A stretch of DNA of 64,000 nucleotides from Chiloscyllium plagiosum (taxonomy: Eukaryota). Below the pieces are notes generated by a model, which saw nothing but the letters and a program-made list of their open reading frames with translations, ran no database searches and was not told where the DNA came from. The translations under genes were made by a program, and so were the position numbers. Shown here piece after piece: positions 50,850 to 62,772 of the stretch; the first letter of the stretch is position 1; each line of letters opens with the position of its first letter. The stretch covers positions 13,106,145 to 13,170,144 of the forward strand of contig NC_057731.1 in assembly GCF_004010195.1 (NCBI RefSeq). The letters are read 5' to 3'.

Positions 50850-51212
50850 AGGGCTGGGGAGGGTGGATGCTAGGAAATTGTTTCCGTTAGGCGAGGAGAC
50901 TAGGACCCGTGGACACAGCCTTAGAATTAGAGGGGGGTAAATTCAGATCAGAAATGCGGAGACATTTCTTCAGCCAGAGAGTGGTGGGCCTGTGGAATTC
51001 ATTGCCACAGAGTGCAGTGGAGGCTGGGACGCTAAATGTCTTCAAGGCAGAAATTGATAAATTCTTGATGTCACAAGGAATTAAGAGCTACGGGGAGAAT
51101 GCGGGTAAGTGGAGTTGAAATGCCCATCAGCCATGATTGAATGGCGGAGTGGACTTGATGGGCCGAATGGCCTTACTTCCACTCCTATGTCTTATGGTCT
51201 TATGGTCTTATG
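50850..51212 (+). mobile_element. Young CR1 3' end with (TCTTATGG)n tail
   Basis: FRSEMRRHFFSQRVVGLWNSLPQSAVEAGTLNVFKAEIDKFL; CpGs retained; terminal octamer repeats. Confidence 0.9.
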
Positions 51213-51802
51213 GAGATCAAATAAGCAATGTTAATGCCTCATGCTGAATTTCATGAACACATGCACCTCCCCAAAACACCCAGATGCAGACAATCCAGTA
51301 AGGGAGGGAAATGAATATCTATCCAACAGTGCTGTAAAATGCTGAGGATATTTCATGATGACCTATCTTTCCTGTTTTAAAGGTATGTACATATGCTACA
51401 TGTTAGGTTGGAGAATGAACATTCCCATAGTCACTCCGAGAGAGAGTCACTGAGACTGATATTGTAGGAGTGAACTACTTTTGAAATAGCACTTAGGATT
51501 TGGCAATGAGACACCTCCTGGTGAGAAGTAGACATATTTGAAAAAAAAACAGGCAGATGGAGTGCTTGAAAAATGCTCCTGTTCCTGAGATGTCGCTGTG
51601 CATTTGATGAGAAAACAGCAGGAAGTAGGTCAGCCATTAGAAAGGATACAGATGCAAAACCAGCCAAGGGAATCCTTCTCAGTTTCTGGGCTGTATAACC
51701 CGTGGTTTCATTGTCAATGAGTTTGCAGAGGTTAGGTGTTGATGGAGGGGAAATGCATAAGCTGGCATGAGCTAAATTGTGATTAATTTTATTCTCCTGC
51801 AG

Positions 51803-53255
51803 CGCCACACAGAAGGATGCGTTGAAAGTGAATCTCGATCAGCTCCAATGTCACTTCACATGGACTCCGAAGAAAAAAATCATCGACTTGGATGATATGA
51901 AACAAAGATTAGAAGATACAATACAGACAAGTGTGAAACCTCAAGCCCGGTTTTACAATCACTTTGCTTTTATAAACTGTCAGCAAGGAAAATATGAAGA
52001 GGCAATTCAGAATTTAAAGGAAGCTGAAAGGATTCTGAGGGAGACACATGGAGATGAATTTGAGAAAAGAATCTTGGTCACCTATGGAAACTATGTCTGG
52101 GTTTATTATCACATGGACCGACTGGAGGAGGCTCAGTCCTACCTCGACAAGCTGGAGACAGTCTGTAAACTATTTCCTGAAGCCTCTCGGTTTACAGCAA
52201 TGATACCTGAGGTTTACGGGGAGAAGGGTTTGTCACTGTTGAAATCTGCTGGCCAATATTATGAAGAGGCAAAGGAATGTTTTAAAAAGGCTCTAGAGAA
52301 GGATCCTGACAACATTGAGTGGAATGTTGGCTATGCCACTGTTCTGTATCGTCTGGAAGCGTTTTCTGGAACCCCTGAGAGTCATGAACCCACTGAATCA
52401 ATGAAACAGTTTAGACGTGTGCTGGAGCTAGATCCTGATCATGCTGAAGCCATGGTGTTGTTAGCTTTAAAACTACAAGAGTTAAGTCAAGAGGGGGAAG
52501 CATCCACATTAGTTGAACGAGCATTGCAGAAGTCTCCTGATCTCCCACACGTGCTTCGATATGCAGCAAAGTTTTACAGAATCAAAGGAGATGTTGAAAA
52601 AGCTTTGAAAGTGTTGAAGACAGCAATGGAAATTACCCCCAACTCTACCTTTTTACACCATCAAATCGGTTTGTGTTACAGAAAGAAACTAATGCCATTG
52701 CTCAAACATCCACTCAGCAAAAACCCTAAAGATCCTGCTTTTCAACAGAAAGTTGAACTGATCAAACTTTGCAAGTCTCATTTTAAAAATGCTTTCAAGC
52801 CTCGACCATTAACCTTTATTAGGGCACAACTGGATTTTGCAGGAATATGTTCACTAAATGAAGAGTTTCCTGAAGCAGAAAAGATCTACAACAATCTCCT
52901 GAAACTGAAAGATATCCGTCCAGAGAATAGGCAAGCAATATGTTTACAAGCTGGATTATTTCAACTGTTCCAGAAAAGAGCAGAATCAAAAGCCATCGCC
53001 CATTTTCTGGAAGGAATGAAAGTCAATTACAATTCCATAGAAAGAAAAAAATGCCGTGAAAATTTGGAGAGGACCGCAACAGGACGGCTTCACAGGAATC
53101 CACGAGATAGCGAGGCCCTTGGTGCTCTTGGCTTCCTGCATCAACTGGATGGGAAGAAGCGCAAAGCTGTCGAATACTTTGAAAAGGCCTTGCAATTTGA
53201 TCAAGGCAATGAAGAATATCTCAGTGCCCTTTGTGAATTACGTCTTTCTATCTAG
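51803..53255 (+). CDS. IFIT5-like: IFIT copy C exon 2; intact IFIT5-like protein, ~485 aa spliced
   Basis: Acceptor ttctcctgcAG ends at 51802; uninterrupted ORF. Motifs CHFTW, VLRYAAKFYR and FLHHQIGLCYR. The C-terminus ALCELRLSI matches the end of mammalian IFIT5 as I recall it. Confidence 0.95.
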
Positions 53256-53899
53256 CTCAGTAATGAACTTGCCAGCTAAAGTTCAGCTGAAAGATGAATT
53301 AATACTCTCTAAGCTATAATCAGCTTTTACCTGGTATCCACTTCACTTATATTTTGCTTAGATATTTTTCAATTGAGCATATTATTCATGCGTATAATTT
53401 TCAGATGGCTAGTTGGATTTTAGTTATTCTAAACGTCTGCTTTATTCAGGAATGTTGTCCTCACTGGTGAACTAACCATTAGTTTCTGACACCTAGGAGT
53501 TATTGCTCTGTGTGGAAAGAAACAAAAACATTTGAGTTTTTTGGGATTTGAGTTAATTGATCCAATTGGACACAGCTGAAAAGAAACTGTTTTTAATTCA
53601 ATTATGAACACTTAATGAGCCTGATTTAAACTCCAGTTTGGTTTTAGGTGTGTGGTGAAGGAGTTACAAAACTGACACTTTGCTGCTAAGGTCTGTCTCG
53701 GGATATTTTAAATTCTAAACTGCATTCATGTGCTTGGCCATCAGTGTTCAGGTGGGTGTTTTGAATTAGATTCTGGGTCCATCACATAGAATGGAAAAGG
53801 GATATGTCAGGAGACAGTGTGGGGAAGCCCCAAGTTATTATATTGGGGCCTGGTGGGGGAATTCATGTGCAAAGAAAAATAAACATTTCCCTTTGTGTC

Positions 53900-55560
53900 A
53901 CTTCAGAGTTCCATCATGGACTCTACCAAAATCTGCGCCAGAAAACCATTTGGTAGACATTCCACAAATTCCTTTCCTTGGGATCCATGACCAACCTGTA
54001 CATTGAAGTCCCCCATGATTATTGGAATAGAGCTTTTCTGATCTCCTGATTTATTTTCTTCCCAAATTCTGACTATTGGCAGGTGGCCTGGACATAACAC
54101 CTATCAGGGTCTTTTTCCCTTTGTGGTTCCTCTACACACACAGGTCCTACACTTTTTGGCGATTGATTTAATTTAATTTCTTACGAACAAAGCAACCCAC
54201 CCCCTCTGTCTATCTGCCTCTTCCTTTGATAGGACCCATATCATTGGATACAGGTTCTGATCCCAGCCCTGAGTGCCTTGTAGCCACACTTCTGTGATAC
54301 CCACAACAACCAATTTCAATCTGCGTAACAAGCTCATTTGGAGAAAGTGAGGACTGGAGATCAGAGTCGAGAGTGTGTGCTGGAAAAACGCAACAGGTCA
54401 GGCGGCATCCGAGGAGCAGGAAAGAAAAATCTACGTTTTGGGCATAAGCCTTTCATCAGGATGTCCTCCTGATGAGAGACTTATGCCCAAAACGTCGATT
54501 CTCCTGCTCCTCAGATGCTAGAACATTATTTACCTTGTTTCATATGCTGTATACATTTAATTACAAACACCCTCATTGACTGTCCAAATTCTTACTATTG
54601 TCCCTTTATCTGCTATGCCTGAAGTTACATTCCTGATGCTTTCCATACTCTCTCTCCTATTTCTTACTCTGGAAACTTTAATCGCCTCTGCTCAGCTTTC
54701 ACACCACTTAATTTTTTTCCATGCAACTGAACCCTATCCCCACAAGGCTAAAGGATTTTGGTGCCAGCATAGTTCAGGTGGAGCCCATCACATTGCTACA
54801 GCTCCCTCCTTCCCCAGGGCTGGTGCCAATGTCCCATGAATTCAAACCTGTTTCTCCCACATCAATCACACGTCTATCTCTTTGAGATCATTGACCCTGT
54901 GCCAATTTGCTCGTGGCTTAGGTTGTAGTCCAGAGATTATTAATACCTTTTTTGGTTCTGCTTTTCAATTTTGCCCCAAGCTGCTAATATTCCCTCAGCA
55001 GAATCTCTTTCCACCTGCGTCATTGATACCTCTGTGGACCACAACAATGGGATCTTCCCCTCCCATTCCAGGTTGCTCTGCAGCCCAGATGAGATAACTT
55101 GAAGCCAGGCAATACAGCATCTGGAACTGTCCATCCTGTTTATTCCCCTGCCTATACTATCCCTAATTGCGACTACATTTCTCTTTCTCCCCCCCCCAAC
55201 CGAATGGTACCACAGTGCTATGGTCAGTTTGCTTATCTTCCTTACTCTCACCCACATAGGGAGCAAGAATCTCAACTCTGTTAGACAAGATCAACAGCTG
55301 AGGCTCGTTCAGCACTACCTCCTGGTCCTGTCCACTTGCCTCACTGACCGTCACCCTCTGTCCCTGTCTGCTGACTGAATTCAAGGGAGTTAAACTGAAG
55401 GTGTGACTGTCTCCTGAAACAGGTAACTCTCTGCTTCCTTGAAATATCGCAGTGTTTGAAGCTCAGACTCCAGCTCATCAACTCAGTTGGACTTGCTACA
55501 GACGTGGTCATTATGAACAACAAAGGAGTTCACCACCTCCCACATTATGCAGGTAAAACA
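53900..55560 (-). mobile_element. Decayed CR1 5' region (ORF1 esterase-like and endonuclease fragments) with a nested PLE end at ~54340-54520
   Basis: VVAIRDSIGRGINR (GDS esterase-like motif) and IIMGDFN..GKEFVEC..FLAQ. Confidence 0.7.
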
Positions 55561-56472
55561 CATCACCTGGCCCTGTGTATTGGTAGGATTAAAAATGATA
55601 TGGTCAAACCAAATCTTTAAGGGTTTATTATTAAGAGTTCATTGAACATAACAATGAGCAATTGAAAATCACTGGTTTAGTATGAGACAGTTGTTTCAGC
55701 TGTTGGGAAACCATGTGACACAACCACTTGGAGGATGGTTGTCTGAGAAAGTACTGAAAGCATGCAGAATGGTAGCAACATCAAGGACTAGCTAGCACTC
55801 GTTGGACACCACTTCGGACAGAAATTGCAACTGTGTCAGGAACCCTGAATTCTTCAGCCGTTCCAAAACGGGGTCCCTAATGGGCAGAAGGCACTGAGAT
55901 TCATTGTTAGATATCTTGAGCATGTCTAAAGTAGATTAATAGATCTACTCATTAGTTTGCATATGTTTCTAATCTACTAAAGATATCATGTAGATCGTTA
56001 AGATGTCTTTACAACTTAATATACACTTGTTGCTTAATATATTTACTGACCAATAAATATATATATCTAATAAAGGTGTTAATTTGGATCACCTGACCTG
56101 GAGAGTTATTTTTGTGACCTCCCACCGAATTCACAATACACCCTGCAGCTCTATTTTATCTACTTAGTTCTTAATTTGATTTTTAACAGTTTCCAACTGG
56201 TCTTTTAGTTTGCAATATGTAAACATTTCTCCCATTTACCTTCAATCTGAAAGTAACCTATGAAAGTCCAATTATTTCCTGCAATGTCACTCTTTCCTTT
56301 CTGCTGCCCCCGCCCCAATCCTGGGCTTCAACTTATCCTATAAAAAGACCTTACAAAATGCAAAACAAATCTCATATTTTGTACCAAAATCCCAAGCTGC
56401 TTCCAAATTCTCAGAACTATACAGTGCTGAGCTTACTGGTCATTACTGCGATTTGTGTAAGTGTTCTTCTCC

Positions 56473-56782
56473 GGGACAGTGCAGCAGCTCAGTGGTTAGC
56501 ACTGCTGCCTCACAGCAACGGGTTTGATTCCAACCTCGTCAGTGTGGAGTTTGCACATTCACCCTGTGGGGTTCCTTCGGGTGCTCCGTTTTCCTTTCAC
56601 AGTCCAAAGACGTGCAGGTTGGGTGGATTGGCCTGTAATGTCCAGGGATGTGCAGGCTGGGTGAATTAGACATGGGGGATGCAGGGTTACAGGGACAGAC
56701 TGGGCCTAGGTGGGATGCTCTTCAGAGGGTAGGTGTGAACTCAATGGGCTGAATGGCCTGCTCCCACACTGTAGGGATTCTA
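56473..56782 (+). mobile_element. HE1/V-SINE-like SINE
   Basis: GCTCAGTGGTTAGCACTGCTGCCTCACAGC head, core, and GGGATTCTATG tail. Confidence 0.85.
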
Positions 56783-57443
56783 TGCTTCTGCACTGCATTT
56801 CTTGCCCAAAATGTTAAATCTGTGCCCCCCTCAGCGCTCATTGTATCATTACGTCTACCTTGAAACCTGTCACAAGCTTGTGCACCTCCATTAAATAGCT
56901 GCTCAATCTCCTTTGCTCTAAGTAAAATTGCCCCAACTCTACAACCTGATTTACTCCAACAAACGACTATTGTATAAAATCTGAAGCCACCATTAAGGAA
57001 TGAAGTGCAAAAGATCAGGATCAAGGCTCTTTGCCATTAGCATGATGGGAAAGGCTTGGGGGGAATGTTCTAGAAGTGTCCAGTCCCTTAATGCCCGGGA
57101 GTGGGGCAAAATGTCAGTGCTCAGGTGGGAGGGTGGTGCTGCCCTAGTTAAAGGGACTGAGCAGCTTAGAGTTTCCAACTCCAGGTGTTGGAGATGCTGA
57201 GGTCAATTCATCATGGGAGAGCTATTAAAGCATCTCACATCAGGGGATTCCAACAAAGGGTCTAAGGAATATGGTAAACAGGTAAAATGGAGATTCATCA
57301 AACAAGTTGCGCTTGTGTGTTTCTGTGTGAGTGCACAGGTCTGTGTGGATAATTGGAACAATAGGAACCTATGATATTATACACGTCCATATTCTAGCAC
57401 CTCTTTCCCTGGACATAAGCTGTTGTAGTTACATTGATGAAAT

Positions 57444-57456
57444 AGTTTCAGTTTCT
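57444..57456 (+). promoter_or_regulatory. Consensus ISRE of IFIT copy D
   Basis: AGTTTCAGTTTCT matches AGTTTCNNTTTC, ~115 bp upstream of the exon-1 ATG. Confidence 0.8.
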
Positions 57457-57571
57457 AGTTGCATAGTCACGGAAGAAAACACCTGGAAATTGTGGCACAT
57501 CGAGCATTACTTCCAATCATCTGACCAGTGAAGGTTTTGCTGTAGCAGGAATTTGCCATTTGATCAACATA

Positions 57572-57576
57572 ATGAG
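57572..57576 (+). CDS. IFIT5-like: IFIT copy D exon 1 coding part (ATG AG)
   Basis: ataATGAG|GTAAAA downstream of the ISRE. Phase 2 fits the acceptor ending at 61337, giving MSDTEKDLLK. Confidence 0.75.
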
Positions 57577-58844
57577 GTAAAAATCATTGAAATTCTATCT
57601 GCTTTCGACAGTTAGACACATAGACTATTGAACAAGGAGTTTGCTTTTACAAATACTTCGGTATAAATTACAAAGGAGTTGAAACCCTTAAAGCAGAGTC
57701 ATTTGTCACAGTGAAGCGTACAGGTAAGTGTTTACTGCTGCACGGGAGGAACTGCAAGGCAAAAGGCCGATCTATTTATAGTATTCCATCAGGTAATCTT
57801 TTAAGTAGAGATCGACCTTAATTTCCACTCAGATTTTGCAGAAAATACAAAGCGAAGCTTCAACTGTCATAATGTTGAGTAAAACATTCTACACGTGTTG
57901 TCAAGCAGATATGATCGGTCAATCCCAATCCCAAATCCCTGTTCTTCATCATTTCAATTTTACCCCAAATGTGTCTAGTTGAAACCTCCTCATTCTTTTG
58001 ATTCCTGGCTGTTGACCAGTTTGCCAATTTGATCAGCTCCAAGATGGAGAACGCCACAATGAAATAATGTGATGTACCTGCTATTAATTTCCACAAAACT
58101 ACAACTTCCCAGGGCAGATTCTCCAGGAATCTTTAGCCCACCTCTCTTGAAAAATTGGGTGTTTGAGGAGGGCAGAAAGATGTGTGGTTTAGTAAGATAT
58201 TATGCTTCAGGACATTGGAACGAGCTAAGGGGAACGTTGAAAGTGAGTACTGATGGAAGGGTTCAACATAACAAGATGGAGGACTAAGGCAGCTCAGGGA
58301 GGGAGGTATAGGAAGGACATTGTAGGAGCAGCTTGAGGGCGAAAGGACCATTGTGGAATGGGGGTCAGGTAGTTATATTTTGAGCAGGAAAGGGACAGGA
58401 AATCTGGAACTGATAAATTGTTTCTGAACATCTTGAATATCTGTATCATTTGAAGGGCCTTGATTAAATCACTGTTTCAAAAGTAAATGAATTCAAACCA
58501 AGTTAATTTAACCTAAGCAGTTAATTTAACCTTTTAAGGGTTGGTATGCTTCTCATCGGTTTGTGCTGTAACCCCTCTCAAACCAATTTATCTTTCCTGG
58601 GTCTTGCCATGATTTTAATGCATTAGCATTATTGAATCTTCATGTTTCATGAGTAGAATGCTTGGGGCACACATCCCAACAAACTTGTGTTGGAGACAGG
58701 AAGCAAAGTAGGAAGTTTCTATTTCAGCTTATTCTGATTCCAAGTTGACAGTGTTACAAATCAAAAGCCAGAGTGAAACCCAGCTTGATAGACCACAACT
58801 TGTATTCTTCTTCCCTTTCCTATGGAGGTCAGATACTGAAAATA

Positions 58845-59132
58845 TTAGATTAGATTCCCTACAGTATGGAAACAGGCCCTTCAGCCCAACAAGTCCACAC
58901 TGACCCTCCGAAGAGCAACCTACCCAGACCCCACATTTACCCCTGACACTATGACCAATTCATCTGGCCTGCACATCTTTGGATTGTGGGAGGAAACCAG
59001 AGCACCCGGAGAAAACCCAGACAGACACGGGGAGAATGCGCAAACTCCACACAGTCACCCAAGGTGGGAATTGAACCTGGGTCCCTGGCGCTATGAGGCA
59101 GCAGTGCTAACCACTGAGCCACCATGCTGCCC
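58845..59132 (-). mobile_element. HE1/V-SINE-like SINE
   Basis: Same family as 755-1100, with a (TCTAA)n tail. Confidence 0.9.
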
Positions 59133-59661
59133 AAAATATTGTCAAGAGATGGTCAGTGTACTTTTAACAAAAGCAAATAAACGTTTACTACACAAAAGGT
59201 AAAAAAAAACCACATCGTATATTAAACTATATAAAAATCATTGGAATGATTTCATTACAAAAATCAGAAAGAAAGATTCATCTCTTTTACCCCAGCAATA
59301 ACTTGATAAACATGCATACCTCATTGAGTGTTTCATTTTTGTCTCCATGATAAAGTCTCTCACTCGGCTGCCACAGCTAGAGTTGGTTTCCTTTTGGCAA
59401 ATTTCTGCTGCTCATTCATTCAATGCTATTTTCTTCAGTTCATGTCCCCCTCTGTGACAAAATAAATATCTAACTCAAATTACCAATTTATTTTTCATAT
59501 GAAGCACCAAGAAGTTCATTTCAACTTTCTATTGTTCAGTCATTTCTATTGAAGCCTATAAGAAGCTGGGAGAATCCAGCCATTGTTATTTCACTAGCAT
59601 TCTCAATCTGACTACCCTCACCAGGAGGGAGGCAAACATGACAGCTGTCAGTTGTGTTAGA

Positions 59662-60015
59662 CAGAATCAGAGAAAGCCCAGAATGTGGAAGCAGGCCATT
59701 CAGCCCATCACGTCAACAGCGACCCTCTGAAGAACATCCCACCCAAACCCACACCCAATACCCTATCCCCTTAACCCCACATTTATTATGACTAATACAC
59801 CTAACCTACACATCCTTGAACAGTATAGGAATTTAGCATGGCCAATCCACCTACCTACACATCTTTGGTTTGTGGAAGGAAACCAGGGCATCCGGAGGAA
59901 ATCCATGCAGACACTGGGAAAATGCGCAAATTCCACAAAGGCAGTCACCCGAGGGTGCAATCAAACCTGGGTCTCTGGCGCTGTGAGCAACAGGGCTAAC
60001 CACCAAGCCACTGTG
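59662..60015 (-). mobile_element. HE1/V-SINE-like SINE (older)
   Basis: Same family, diverged. Confidence 0.8.
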
Positions 60016-60210
60016 AAAGCTTGCAGATCACACCAGCAGATTTCCGGAGGAAGCAGGACGTAAAGATATCCAGATGATGACTTTGACAACCTCTGGCCAC
60101 CAGATAAAGGCTGCAGAGGTCAGCAATGACTAACAGAATTTTTCCCAGCCTCCTCAGGAGGCTTAGTGCCATGGACAGAAAGCTGAGCCATCTTCTTGTG
60201 AAATCTTCTA

Positions 60211-60330
60211 GAGGAGAAAGTGAGGTCTGCAGATGCTGGAGATCAGAGCTGAAAATGTGTTGCTGGAAAAGCGCAGCAGGTCAGGCAGCATCCAGGGAAC
60301 AGGAGAATCGACGTTTCGGGCCTAAGCCCT
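60211..60330 (-). mobile_element. Family B PLE 3'-end insertion truncated inside the hammerhead
   Basis: Near-identical to 39969-40088 and flanked by CTAGAGGA. It stops after stem II, so CTGANGA is missing. Confidence 0.85.
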
Positions 60331-61337
60331 AGAGGATTCTGCTTCAAGCCATCTAGAATGCTGTCTTTAACTCCTCGGTCCCGTTTAGTGACATGTAGAT
60401 CAGAAGCAGGCAGCTCCTGCTCCTGTTGTCCCTGACACTGTTGTTACTGCCCCTCTTGTTGTTCATCAGAGGACCAGGATAAAGCTGCTTAAATTGTTGG
60501 TCTTCTTCAGTGAAGGGAGACAGCATGACAGTGCAGATCAAAGTGAGAAATGCCCAAAGGAGCAGACATGTTGGCAAAGTGGTGGATGTCACCTAACAAT
60601 TAGTGAAGGCGAACTCCCAGCACAAATCCTGGTGTACATAATGTATTGTGCACACAAGTAAACATCATAGGCAATGTTTTATATACATAAGTATACATCC
60701 TAGGCAAAGAGGCAATTGTCTTGAATCAGTATTTGCGGTTTTTATAAAGCATCGGGTTCACCACCCTGTTCATCTTCACTGTGATCTTGCTTTATTGACC
60801 CCAGGGATCTTCCACAGTTTGAGGAACCAGGCACAGGCACTTATAGTCACAATGCAGGATTAACTCTGCAGACAGCTAACCTTTAGCATAGTTTAATTGT
60901 TCTCCGGCCTGTCTCAATGGGTTATCTCACACCTTTCCAGAAGAACAGGTCTCTGGTAATTTCTCAGCCTGCTGGCATATTGATTTTCTCCTGCACGCAC
61001 TGATCTATCCCAAGGTCGATCAGGTTAAAACATTACCTTTGGAGCCCCCTTACCTGAAGTCACCATGAGAAACTTGCTAGTCCACTTGAAGCAATTTTTA
61101 GATAGGGCCTGCTGAGATTCTACGATAAGACCAAGAAGGTTCAGTGGAACACATTATTCAGGAGAGAATCCAAAAATGTTTATGTTGGAATTAATGGTGG
61201 GACATTGGTAAGTATCTTAGCTGTATCAAATGTTTATCAAAGATGTGTGTTAGACCAAATTCCAAGAATAAATATGGAAAATTGTAAAAGAAATGAATCA
61301 CAGGCTCACTTTTAGGAGTGCTTTTATTTTCTTGCAG

Positions 61338-62772
61338 TGACACAGAGAAGGATTTGTTGAAAGTGAGTCTCAATCAGCTTCAATGTCACTTCACGTGGAC
61401 TCCACAGAAAGAAGCCATCGACTTGGATGATATGAAACAAAGATTAGAAGATTCAATACAACTTGATGTGAAATATCAAGCCAGGTCTTACAACCATCTC
61501 GCCTTTATAAACTGTCTGCAAGGAAACTGTGAAGAGGCAATTCAGAATTTAAAGGAAGCTGAAAGGATTCTGAGGGAGAGACATGGAGATGAATTTGAGA
61601 AAAGGATCTTGGTCACCTATGGAAACTATGTCTGGGTTTATTATCACATGGACCGACTGGAGGAGGCTCAGTCCTACCTCGACAAGCTGGAGACAGTCTG
61701 TAAACTATTTCCTGAAGCCTCTCGGTTTACAGCAATGATACCTGAGGTTTACGGGGAGAAGGGCTGGACACTGTTGACTACAGCCGCTCAATATTATGGA
61801 GAGGCAAAGGAATGTTTTACAAAGGCCCTGGAGGAAGATCCTGACAACATTGAGTGGAATGTTGGCTATGCCACTGCACTGTCCCGTCTAGAAGGATTTT
61901 CAGGTACCCAAGTGAGTCACAAATCTACTGAATCAATGAAACAGTTTAGACGTGTGCTGGAGCTAGATCCTGATCATGCTGAAGCCATGGTGCAGTTAGC
62001 TTTAAAACTGCAAGAGTTCAATCAAAAGGAGGAAGCATCCACATTAGTTGAGCGAGCGTTGCAGAAGTCCCCTGATCTCCCATATGTGCTTCGATATGCA
62101 GCAAAGTTTTTGAGAAGAGAAGGAGATGTGGAAAAATCGTTGAAGCTGTTGAACAGAGGGCTTGAAATTACCCCGAACTCTGCCTTCCTGTACCATCAAA
62201 TAGGTTTGTGTTACAAAAACAAATTGCTTCAACTGAACAAATATCCAGGCTGCAGAAACCCTCACAGACAACAGAAAGCTGAATTAATCACAAAATGCAA
62301 GTACTATTTTGAAAAGGCTTTTGAGCTCCGCCCACTAACATTTATTAATGCACAGCTAGATTTCGCTGTGATTTGTTCATTAAATAAGGAGTATCATGAA
62401 GCTGAGGTGACCTACAACAATCTACTGAAATTGGAAAATATTCATCCAGAAAATAAGCAGGCGATACGTCTTCAGGCTGGGTTATTTGAACTGTATTCCA
62501 AAAGATCAGAATCAAATGCCATCATCCATTTTCTGGAAGGACTCAAAATCAAATATAACTCAAATGAACAGAAAAGATGTCGGAGCCAGCTAGAGAGGAT
62601 AGTAGAAAGACAACTTCTCAGGAATCCAAGAGACAGCAAAGCCCTTGGTCTGCAGGGGTTGCTTTTTCAGTTGAATGGGAAGAAATGCAAGGCTATTGAA
62701 TACTTTGAGAAAGCCTTGGAGGTTGATTCTGACAATGAAGAATATCAAAGTGCTCTTTGTGAATTAAAATAA
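61338..62772 (+). CDS. IFIT5-like: IFIT copy D exon 2; intact IFIT5-like protein, ~479 aa spliced
   Basis: Acceptor ttttcttgcAG ends at 61337. Uninterrupted ORF with all IFIT motifs, ending EEYQSALCELK. Confidence 0.95.
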
